Shown here: piece by piece, positions 1 to 6,864 of the stretch
How positions within the stretch are numbered: position 1 is the stretch's first letter
Layout: each line of letters begins with the position of its first letter
DNA from: Candidatus Caldarchaeales archaeon
Lineage (GTDB): Archaea > Thermoproteota > Nitrososphaeria_A > Caldarchaeales > Calditenuaceae
Assembly: GCA_039630085.1 (NCBI GenBank)
Contig: JBCNVM010000014.1
Coordinates: 1 to 25,140, forward strand
Direction: 5' to 3'
DNA: 25,140 nucleotides
The notes under the pieces: generated by a model
Told to the model about the DNA's origin: nothing
Seen by the model: the letters and a program-made list of their open reading frames with translations, nothing else
Databases searched by the model: none
Made by a program: the position numbers and the translations under genes

Positions 1-48
1 GGCTTCAGGCCGCTCTTCAGCAAGTACGCGAAGGAGCTGAAGAAGTGA
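1..48 (+). CDS. 3' end of an unidentified CDS (partial; ...GFRPLFSKYAKELKK*)
   Basis: Frame-1 codons with host-like GC3 ending in TGA at 46-48, immediately before the convergent tRNA. Too short to identify. Confidence 0.5.
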   Translation, partial: GFRPLFSKYAKELKK

Positions 49-50
49 GC

Positions 51-150
51 TGGTGCGGCCGCCGGGATTTGAACCCGGGATCTGCGGGCGAGCCCACCTA
101 GTTCACCGTACGGGGCCCCGCCGTCCTAGACCAGGCTAGACGACGGCCGC
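51..150 (-). tRNA. tRNA-Gly-like gene (predicted anticodon CCC at 112-114) with a 21-nt intron and encoded CCA; atypical anticodon loop
   Basis: The reverse complement folds as a cloverleaf: acceptor GCGGCCG/CGGCCGC + A + CCA, D arm GTCT-AGCCTGGTCTA-GGAC, anticodon stem GCGGG/CCCGC, variable loop AGATC, T arm CCGGG-TTCAAAT-CCCGG. The body resembles crenarchaeal-type tRNA-Gly. The isotype call is less certain than the tRNA call. Confidence 0.85.
90..110 (-). other. tRNA intron at the canonical 37/38 position (TACGGTGAACTAGGTGGGCTC)
   Basis: BHB motif: 4-bp helix GCCC/GGGC flanked by 3-nt bulges CG^T and TC^G, with a 2-bp inner helix AC/GT. Cutting after the 2nd bulge nucleotide leaves a 7-nt anticodon loop. 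Confidence 0.75.
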
Positions 151-174
151 CGCGTCTGACTGATGCCCGGGGTG

Positions 175-186
175 ATATTAACTTCA
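175..186 (-). promoter_or_regulatory. Putative BRE/TATA promoter of the tRNA gene
   Basis: GAAGTTAATAT on the minus strand about 25-35 nt upstream of tRNA position 1; an AT island in GC-rich DNA. Confidence 0.55.
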
Positions 187-202
187 TGCACCGATTTCCG
201 GC

Positions 203-901
203 TCAGGGCCCTCTACCCTGACAGACCGCGTGGACCTCCAGAAGCCTCACGGTGAGGGACTCGGCGTTGGCCTCGAGAGAGTTGAGTTTGTTATCGACCC
301 AGATCACATCGGTCCCGGCGCTGGAGGAGAACTCCCTGTAGCCCTCCCTCACGAGGTCCTGGAACTCGCTCGCGTCCTCGAGGAAGCCCTTCCTCCTCCC
401 CCTCGAGACCCTGGAGAGCCTCTCGCGCTCCTCGACGTCGACGATCACGTAGACGTCGGGCTTCAGGAGGAACCCGGCCCCGAGCTCCTCGATGAGCCTG
501 ACCAGTCCCGACGGTGACGCTTCGGTCCTCACGCCGCTGTACCTCACGTACGCGAGACCGAAGACGACCGAGCAGAGGTAGTACCTGTCGATCAGCAGGA
601 AGTCCGCGGCCCTCCTCCTCGCGGCCCTCTCCATGACCGCCGAGTCCTCGACCGTGTTGGCCAGGAAGAGGAGCATCCTCGTCAGGGGCGCGACTCCCCT
701 CCTGTTGCCGTAGCTCACCGCGAAGGCCCCGGTCCTGGTCCTGCTAGGGGTCTTGTAGGTCACGACGGTCATCCCCCTCGACCTGAGCAGTCGGGCGGTC
801 GCCCTGAGCAGCGAAGTCTTCCCGGAGCCGTCGGTGCCCTCGAAGACCACGACGAGGCACTTCTTCCCCTCCAGATCGATCAGGTCCCCCCCGACCTCCA
901 T
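203..901 (-). CDS. tmk: Thymidylate (dTMP) kinase family protein
   Basis: P-loop FEGTDGSGKTS, DRY motif (IDRYYLCS) and PD-x-hydrophobic-D (KPDVYVIVDV). The start overlaps the cbf5 3' end. Confidence 0.8.
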   Translation of the reverse strand: MEVGGDLIDLEGKKCLVVVFEGTDGSGKTSLLRATARLLRSRGMTVVTYKTPSRTRTGAFAVSYGNRRGVAPLTRMLLFLANTVEDSAVMERAARRRAADFLLIDRYYLCSVVFGLAYVRYSGVRTEASPSGLVRLIEELGAGFLLKPDVYVIVDVEERERLSRVSRGRRKGFLEDASEFQDLVREGYREFSSSAGTDVIWVDNKLNSLEANAESLTVRLLEVHAVCQGRGP

Positions 902-1915
902 CTTCCCTTCCAGTAGGCGGGATAGGTCCCCTTCTCCATCAGGACCACGTCGGTCCTCACGAAGACCCCGCCCTCGTCGACGTCGAGCGCCGACTTCTCG
1001 GCCCTGCCCAGCGCCACCAGCTCGCCCTTCAGCGTGTGGACCGCGACCAGGTCGCCAGGCTCTATCTCCCTGCTGAGCCTCGCTATCCCCGCCACCGCGA
1101 GAGGCGCACCGTGGCAGACCGCGTCGACCGCCGTGTCGAGGACCTCTACCCTCGGGAGGTGCGCGACCAGCTCTTCAGGGTTCCTGACGAAGTCCTCGAG
1201 CCACCTGCCCTCCCCCTCCCTGTAGGCCTTGGCGGCAGCGTAGAGCTCGAGCAGGCTGACGGATTCCCCCTCGGTGACCGGGCCGCTCCTCGTCCTCCTC
1301 AGCTCCACCATGTGGGCCCCGACCCCCAGCAGGAGCCCGAGGTCGTGGCAGAGCTTCCTCAGGTAGGTCCCTCCGCTCACCAGGGCCCTGAAGAGCAGGT
1401 CCCTCCCCTCGAACTCGAGGACCTCCAGCTCGTAGACCACCCTGACCCTCGGCCTCCTGGCGACCCTCGACCTGATCGGAGGCGTCTGGTAGATCTCCCC
1501 CACGAACTCCCTCAGGGCCCCGAGGAGCTCCTCTCGGCCCACGTCGCCGTGGAACCTCATCAGGCAGACGTACTCCTTCGGCTGGCCCGCGATCGCCTGC
1601 GTCAGCCTCGTAGCCCTACCGAGCAGCACCGGGAGCACGCCCGTCACGGCAGGATCTCCCCGGCCCTCCGAGGGCCCCAAGGGTCCCGCCGTGTCCGGCC
1701 CTCTCGACGCCCAGCACCCTCCTCACCGAGTTGACGACGTCGTGGCTCGTCGGGCCGGCGTGCTTGTCGACCGCGACGTACCCGAAGTTCAGCCTCTCCT
1801 CCAGCGTCCTCGCCTCCGGCGGCCTGCCGTACCTAGGGTCTGTCTCGGCCTCGACCAGCGTCACCGTCTCGCCCGTCCCCTCCGCGAACGGGTCCCTGTA
1901 CCGCAGGACGCTCAT
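880..1915 (-). CDS. cbf5: H/ACA RNA-guided pseudouridine synthase Cbf5 (TruB family + PUA), two exons: join(1915..1678, 1655..880), 337 aa
   Basis: ORF 1616..1999 carries [13 protein letters not shown]...AGHGGTL. ORF 880..1680 carries [48 protein letters not shown] and a PUA domain. Removing 1656..1677 restores [15 protein letters not shown] in frame (1014 nt = 338 codons). ATG at 1915 was chosen over TTG at 1999. Confidence 0.95.
1656..1677 (-). other. 22-nt BHB intron in cbf5 pre-mRNA (GGGCCCTCGGAGGGCCGGGGAG)
   Basis: Outer helix GGGA/TCCT, central helix CCCT/GGGG, bulges TG^G and AG^A, inner helix GGCCCT/AGGGCC. It splits the catalytic Asp codon G^AT. Confidence 0.93.
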
Positions 1916-2086
1916 CCGCTCTCGCGCAGAGCCCTCCTCCCGGCGTGATATCCTTAACCAGTACTCGGGTCCGCGCGTCCGACCTCTCGGTTCCGCCAAG
2001 GGCTGGAGCCCTCAACGCGCTCGACGTGTTCCGTGAGGGTTCCGACCGCGGGCAAGGCTAAATCGGGTGAGGGCAAGCAGCATCAC

Positions 2087-2473
2087 GTGTCGCACGCTAA
2101 GGAGGTCAAGCTGATGAGGGGCAGGGCGAGGGCCTTTCTGGCGAGGGCGGAGGACAGCCTGAGGGCCGGAGATTATGACGTCGCGTGCTTCCTCGCGGAG
2201 CAGGCGGTCCAAATACATCTCAAGTCGCTGCTGCTGGAGGAGGTCGGCGACTTCCCCCGCACCCACTCGATATCGGTCCTGATCGGACTGATGCGGAGGA
2301 TCCCCAAATACGGGGATCTGGTCGAGTTACTGGAGAAGAAAAGGGCTGAGGTGAAGGCGTTGGAAGGCGCCTACATCGCTTCCCGGTACCTCCCGGTTGA
2401 GTACGGCGAGGATGACGCGAAGGCGCTCGTAGGGCTCGCGAGGGAGGTGCTCTCCTTTGGACCGGTACCTTGA
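2087..2473 (+). CDS. HEPN domain protein (HEPN-MNT pair 1)
   Basis: YDVACFLAEQAVQIHLKSLL, FPRTHSI and YIASRY motifs typical of small archaeal HEPN proteins. GTG at 2087 lies about 25 nt after AAGGCTAAAT; the start is uncertain (alternatives 2033 and 2114). Confidence 0.88.
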   Translation: MSHAKEVKLMRGRARAFLARAEDSLRAGDYDVACFLAEQAVQIHLKSLLLEEVGDFPRTHSISVLIGLMRRIPKYGDLVELLEKKRAEVKALEGAYIASRYLPVEYGEDDAKALVGLAREVLSFGPVP

Positions 2474-2828
2474 CGTCCTCGCCCGGAGGGCCGCGATGGT
2501 CAGGGAGTGGAGGAGACACGTCGCGGAGATCGCCAGCGCCGCGCGGTCCGTCCTGCCAGACGCGAGGGTCTACGTCTTCGGGAGCGCCGTGAGGGGGGAG
2601 GCGGTGGGAGGGAGCGACGTCGACGTCCTCGTGGTCTCGCGTCGCGTTCCCTCGAGCGCGATCGAGAGGGGGAGGCTGAGGGCGATGATAGAGGACGCGG
2701 CCGGCCTGCCTGACTTCCATCCTTTCGAGATCCACGTGGTTGACGAGGGGGAGGCCGGGTGGTACTTCGCAAGAGCGAAGGAGATGGTGCCCGTGGACGT
2801 CGAGGACGAGGGGAGCGGAGGGGCCTGA
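2457..2828 (+). CDS. Minimal nucleotidyltransferase (MNT), partner of HEPN
   Basis: GS-x10-DxD motif (FGSAVRGEAVGGSDVDVL) and FEIHVV; overlaps the HEPN stop. Confidence 0.9.
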   Translation: MDRYLDVLARRAAMVREWRRHVAEIASAARSVLPDARVYVFGSAVRGEAVGGSDVDVLVVSRRVPSSAIERGRLRAMIEDAAGLPDFHPFEIHVVDEGEAGWYFARAKEMVPVDVEDEGSGGA

Positions 2829-2842
2829 GTCCAGCCCAGGGC

Positions 2843-3427
2843 TCAGACCTTCCCCTTCGTCGACCTCCCCGCCGCGTACCTCGGGTTCGGGGACCAGGCC
2901 TGTCTCAGCGCGAGGGCGAGAGCCTTGAAGGCAGCCTCGACCTTGTGGTGGTCGTTCGAGCCCCTCAGGACCTCGACGTGAGCGACCGCGGGGACGTTCA
3001 GGACCATCGACTCGAGGAAGTGCGTCAAGTCCTCGGAAGCGACGTCCTCGACCCTCGGGCCCGCGAGCTTCAGGTCGACCGTCGCGTGAGCCCTCCTCAC
3101 TAGGTCCACCGCCGCCAAGGCTAGGCTCTCGTCCATCGGGACGATCGCGTGCCCGAACCTGTTGATCCCCTCCCTCTCGCCCAGCGCCTCGCCCACCGCC
3201 CTACCGAGGGCTATCGCGGCGTCCTCGACGCCGTGGTGAGCTAGGTCCCACCTCGCCGAGACCCTGACGTCCGATAGGCTGTGGAACGCGAGCTGCGCCA
3301 GCATGTGGTCGAGGAACTTCAGGCCGGTGCCGCCCTCAAACCGGCCCTCGCCGTCCAGCAGCACCGAGACCTCCACCTCGGTCTCCAAGGTCCTCCTCGA
3401 GAAGCGGCCTGACCTGGGCGCGGTCAA
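2843..3427 (-). CDS. hisB: Imidazoleglycerol-phosphate dehydratase
   Basis: RRTLETEV, FLDHML, HHGVED, PMDESLA and NDHHKVEAAFKA signatures. A CATAAAT box sits about 25 nt upstream. Confidence 0.96.
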   Translation of the reverse strand: MTAPRSGRFSRRTLETEVEVSVLLDGEGRFEGGTGLKFLDHMLAQLAFHSLSDVRVSARWDLAHHGVEDAAIALGRAVGEALGEREGINRFGHAIVPMDESLALAAVDLVRRAHATVDLKLAGPRVEDVASEDLTHFLESMVLNVPAVAHVEVLRGSNDHHKVEAAFKALALALRQAWSPNPRYAAGRSTKGKV

Positions 3428-3498
3428 CCCGGTCGAGCTCCGACTCGGCGCATTTATGTTCGACGGGGGGTGCGGAGAGAGCGTTCGGACCTGATGGC

Positions 3499-4683
3499 TC
3501 AGGGGGCGAGGCCGAAGGGACGGGCCCTGATCACCTCCATCGCCCTCACCAGCACTTCGACGTCACGGGCGATCACGTCCGCCCCCAGCTCCCTGAACTC
3601 CCTCGCCGCCGACTCGGGGTCCCCGGAGAGCCCGACGACCCCAGCGAAGAGCGGCCTGACGCCGTAGGACTCGGCGTACCTGCACATGTAGAGGTCCTCG
3701 GCGGAGTTCCCGACGTAGAGCACCTCCTTCGGGTCCCCTAGCGCGGCGACGGACTTGATCAGGCCGTAGGGGCTGGGCTTCGAGACGACGTCCCCGAGGC
3801 CGGCCCTAGACTCGTCGGAAAGGAAGACACAGGCCCTCTCCTCGAAGAGGTCGATGATGCCGTCGAGGACCCGGACCGTGGTGTAACGCTCCCTTCCCGT
3901 CACCATCCCGAGCGCCCTCTCCCCGAGCAGCTCCCCGAGCCTGAGGAGCGTCTCCCTCCCGACGAGCGGTGCCTCGTTCCTGAAGAGCCCCTCGCCGAGC
4001 TCGAAGTAGGGGCCCTTCCCGAAGACCGCCCTGACCGCCTCAGGCCCGTAGTAGAGGTCGTCGAAGAGCGTCTCGAGGAGGTCCCTGCCGTAGACTCTCC
4101 CTGTCCCGATGAACCGCTTGAAGAGCTCGTACTCATCGCCGATCCCCCTGTCCCTCGCCGCTTCGCCGATCGCCCTCTCGACCGCGTCCCTGCTGACGTG
4201 TCTCCTCCTGTCGGCAGAGGCAGACCTGATCGCGTCCTCGATGGGCATCGGGCTGAATCTTCCCAGCCTCCTGACGTGGGACCTCCTCCTCATCACCTCC
4301 GACTCGGCCGCCCTCAGCAGCCCGTCGGGCCCCTCGGCCTCCTCCAGCGCCCTCCTGAGGACCTCGCCCAGCTCCCTCGCGAGGGTAAGATCCGACCCCG
4401 AGAAGAGCCAGAGGAGGATCACCCAGGCCGTGTCGACGTCGTTGTTGAAGCCGCCGGTGCTCCTGAGCCTGTATACCGCCGAGAGGTCGAGCGAGGTCTC
4501 GGGGACCTCGACGCCCATCGACCGCTCGAGGATCGTCCTGACGGACTCGACGATCGCCCTGTCGTACGAGCCCCTCACGTCGATCAGGACGCCGTCGCAG
4601 TCGAAGACCACCGCCTCGACCTCCCTCAGCCTCTCCAGAGACCCGAGAGAGACCAGAGCCCCCGAGACCTTCGCGTAGGCCAT
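3499..4683 (-). CDS. HAD-superfamily hydrolase with a large cap (candidate histidinol-phosphate phosphatase)
   Basis: Motif I FDCDGVLID, motif II VTGR, motif III SKPSP, motif IV YVGNSAED; directly upstream of hisB. The substrate is inferred from context only. Confidence 0.8.
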   Translation of the reverse strand: MAYAKVSGALVSLGSLERLREVEAVVFDCDGVLIDVRGSYDRAIVESVRTILERSMGVEVPETSLDLSAVYRLRSTGGFNNDVDTAWVILLWLFSGSDLTLARELGEVLRRALEEAEGPDGLLRAAESEVMRRRSHVRRLGRFSPMPIEDAIRSASADRRRHVSRDAVERAIGEAARDRGIGDEYELFKRFIGTGRVYGRDLLETLFDDLYYGPEAVRAVFGKGPYFELGEGLFRNEAPLVGRETLLRLGELLGERALGMVTGRERYTTVRVLDGIIDLFEERACVFLSDESRAGLGDVVSKPSPYGLIKSVAALGDPKEVLYVGNSAEDLYMCRYAESYGVRPLFAGVVGLSGDPESAAREFRELGADVIARDVEVLVRAMEVIRARPFGLAP

Positions 4684-4722
4684 GACCGCCTCCGGTTTCG
4701 TGCTCAGCTCGTGGTGAAAAAT

Positions 4723-5361
4723 CTACGCGGCGTACCAGAGGTAGACCAGGTAAAGCCCAGCTCCCACCAGGACGGCCCTCGAGAGGTGGCCCGCGTGCCT
4801 CGCGAACGCTCCGAACCTCCTCACGAGGCCCGACCCCAGCAGCGACGACGCGGCCACGAGGGCGGTCAGCGGCACCGCCACTCCGAGGGCATACGCGGCG
4901 ACCAGCGCGAGCGCTCCCTCGGGGCCCGCGGCGAGCGCATAGGTGAGCAGCACGACGAACGTCGGGACCGCACAGCCCGCAGCTCCTAGCGAGTAGGCCG
5001 AGCCCGCCAGCAGGACGGCGACGTCTCCCATCCCCTTCAGCCTGACCATCGGGATCCCGACCCTGGGGGCGACGCCCGCGACGCCGAGGGATACGCAGAG
5101 CGCGCCCGCTGCGAGGTTGAGGTTCGGCATCAGGGCCCTCAGGGCCTCCCGGAAGGAGATCGCGAGGGCCGTAAGGGCCGACAGGGTCAGGAGGGCTCCC
5201 GCGAGCAGCAGCGCCACCCTCCAAGCGATCCTCGAGGGCCTCGGGTCCGAGGTGAGCCCGTAGACCGCGAGGGCCGGGAGCAGGGAGTAGCCGCAGGGCG
5301 AGAGGACCGTCGAGAGGCCCGCCAGGAAGACGAGGACGACCGTCACCGGGTCGAAGCTCAA
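4723..5361 (-). CDS. CcdA/DsbD-transmembrane-domain family protein (thiol-disulfide electron transporter)
   Basis: About six hydrophobic helices with two membrane Cys (LSPCGYSLLP and AAGCAVP). TTGA overlap with the upstream gene. Confidence 0.85.
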   Translation of the reverse strand: MSFDPVTVVLVFLAGLSTVLSPCGYSLLPALAVYGLTSDPRPSRIAWRVALLLAGALLTLSALTALAISFREALRALMPNLNLAAGALCVSLGVAGVAPRVGIPMVRLKGMGDVAVLLAGSAYSLGAAGCAVPTFVVLLTYALAAGPEGALALVAAYALGVAVPLTALVAASSLLGSGLVRRFGAFARHAGHLSRAVLVGAGLYLVYLWYAA

Positions 5362-6368
5362 CCGTGGGACGCCTCGATGATCTTCTTCACCGCGGTCTCG
5401 AGGTCCTGCGGCGGGAAGACGCCGAACCGCTTCTCGTAGACGATCCTGCCCCTCACGTCGAACCCGAAGATCGTCTCCTGTGAGACCACCCTAAGGTCCT
5501 GCATGAACTGCACGTTCGCGAGGATGAAGGTCCACTCGTCGGGGAGCGAGTGCCTGACCTTGAACTGCATGATGTCCTGGTCGCTGTCTCCCGGGTCGAA
5601 GCTCTTCACTAGGACCGTTATCCTGTCCCTGTACTTGGGGTAGACCTGCACGAGGTTCCTGACGTTGGTGCTGCAGGTCGGGCACCAGGTCGCGAAGAAG
5701 AGCATGATGACCGGTTTGCCCTTGGCGAGCACCTCCCCCAGCGTCAACTTCCTGCCATCGATAGTCGTCAGCGTCCTGTTGAGGTACTGGGTCTGCTCGG
5801 CGTGGTGCGCGTGGTCGTGCGGGCCGTGCACGTGGTCGCCGGTCAGGCCCTTGAGCTTCGCGAGGTGGAGGTCCAGCAGCGACTCCCAGGAGACCGCCCT
5901 CCCTCCCCGCTTCACCGCGAAGTCGGAGGCTCTCCCGATCTCCCTGAATGCCAGCAGCCCCGACGCCATCGGGGTCCTGACGGGTGCCTCGACGACGTAC
6001 CACGCGCCCTGCGCGGTCACGAGTTCTCCGGTCTCGAAGTCGTGGACGTAGACGGCCTCGACCCTTCCGAGCCTGAGGGCCTTCAGCACCCCCTCTCCCT
6101 CGATCTTCCCGGTCCCGACGAGGTAGTAGGTCAGCATGCACCCCAGGTCGTCGAACTTCCTCCACCTGCCGTCCGCGAGGATCAGCGCCGCGAACCTGCT
6201 GTCGTTGATCAGCATCCCGCAGTACTCGCACCTGTCCGAGCCCACTCTAAGCTGCGGCCCTCCGGGCTCGAGAAGCTGCCTGCCGATGAGGAGCGCCGCT
6301 CCGACGGCTATCGCGGCTGAGCCGGCGGCGATCAGCAGCCTCCGCCTGCTTGGGTCGTGGGCCCTCAT
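5358..6368 (-). CDS. Tat-signal fusion protein: NosL-like Cu-binding domain + His-rich linker + TlpA/ResA-like thioredoxin domain
   Basis: SRRRLL followed by a hydrophobic helix; NosL motifs DRCEYCGM, FDDLGCM and TPMASG; linker HVHGPHDHAHH; FFATWCPTC. ATG at 6368 overlaps the cupredoxin stop (ATGA). Confidence 0.82.
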   Translation of the reverse strand: MRAHDPSRRRLLIAAGSAAIAVGAALLIGRQLLEPGGPQLRVGSDRCEYCGMLINDSRFAALILADGRWRKFDDLGCMLTYYLVGTGKIEGEGVLKALRLGRVEAVYVHDFETGELVTAQGAWYVVEAPVRTPMASGLLAFREIGRASDFAVKRGGRAVSWESLLDLHLAKLKGLTGDHVHGPHDHAHHAEQTQYLNRTLTTIDGRKLTLGEVLAKGKPVIMLFFATWCPTCSTNVRNLVQVYPKYRDRITVLVKSFDPGDSDQDIMQFKVRHSLPDEWTFILANVQFMQDLRVVSQETIFGFDVRGRIVYEKRFGVFPPQDLETAVKKIIEASHG

Positions 6369-6850
6369 AGCTCGACGATCACGGTCCCGGTCATCCAGGG
6401 ATGCAGGTTGCAATAGTAGTCGTACTTACCGGGCTTGGTGAAGGTGTAGGAGACCGAGGCTCCCGGGTCGATGCGTGGGAAGTTGAAGGAGCCGTCGCGG
6501 GCGACGACCGCGTGGACGACGTCGTCCTCGTTGACCCAGACGACCGTGCTGTTTACGTTGATCTTTACCTTGACCGTCTGCGGCCTGAAGGTGAGGTTCG
6601 GGTTGGTCCCCGATCCCTTCGGGTTGCTGACGATCACCCTGCCTGCTGGTGCCGGAGGAGTCTCCTGCCTCGGGGTCGGAGTCGGAGTGGGCCTCGGCGT
6701 CGGAGTCGGGGTCGGCGTCGGTGTTGGCCTAGGCGTCGGCGCCGGCGTCTGGGTAGGTGCTGCCTCTCGTTGCGTCACCAGCAGGAGGTAAGCTGCAGCG
6801 CCGAGCACTGCCAGAAGTATCAGGACGGAGATCGCGGAGGCCTTGCTCAT
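6365..6850 (-). CDS. Membrane-anchored blue (type-1) copper protein, plastocyanin/amicyanin-like cupredoxin
   Basis: N-terminal hydrophobic anchor, Pro/Thr stalk, WVNEDDVVH and YDYYCNLHPWMTG (His, Cys-x2-His-x2-Met ligand set). Confidence 0.92.
   Translation of the reverse strand: MSKASAISVLILLAVLGAAAYLLLVTQREAAPTQTPAPTPRPTPTPTPTPTPRPTPTPTPRQETPPAPAGRVIVSNPKGSGTNPNLTFRPQTVKVKINVNSTVVWVNEDDVVHAVVARDGSFNFPRIDPGASVSYTFTKPGKYDYYCNLHPWMTGTVIVEL
6671..6757 (-). repeat. Low-complexity hexamer repeat encoding the (Pro-Thr)n stalk of the cupredoxin
   Basis: Imperfect GTCGGN repeats on the + strand; translates as PTQTPAPTPRPTPTPTPTPTPRPTPTPTP. Confidence 0.85.
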
Positions 6851-6864
6851 GCCGAACTAACCCG

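Noticed and set aside
51-150. tRNA as the attachment site of an integrated element, or a split tRNA
   Set aside because: Both halves are contiguous, and no integrase or duplicated tRNA 3' end is seen in the window. Sequence left of position 1 is not visible.
880-1999. cbf5 as a frameshifted pseudogene or two separate genes
   Set aside because: A BHB intron at 1656-1677 explains the frame change and restores the catalytic motif exactly.
4723-6368. Cytochrome c maturation system II or a nos cluster
   Set aside because: No ResB/ResC, CxxCH cytochrome or nosZDFY gene is seen in the window. These cannot be excluded elsewhere in the genome.
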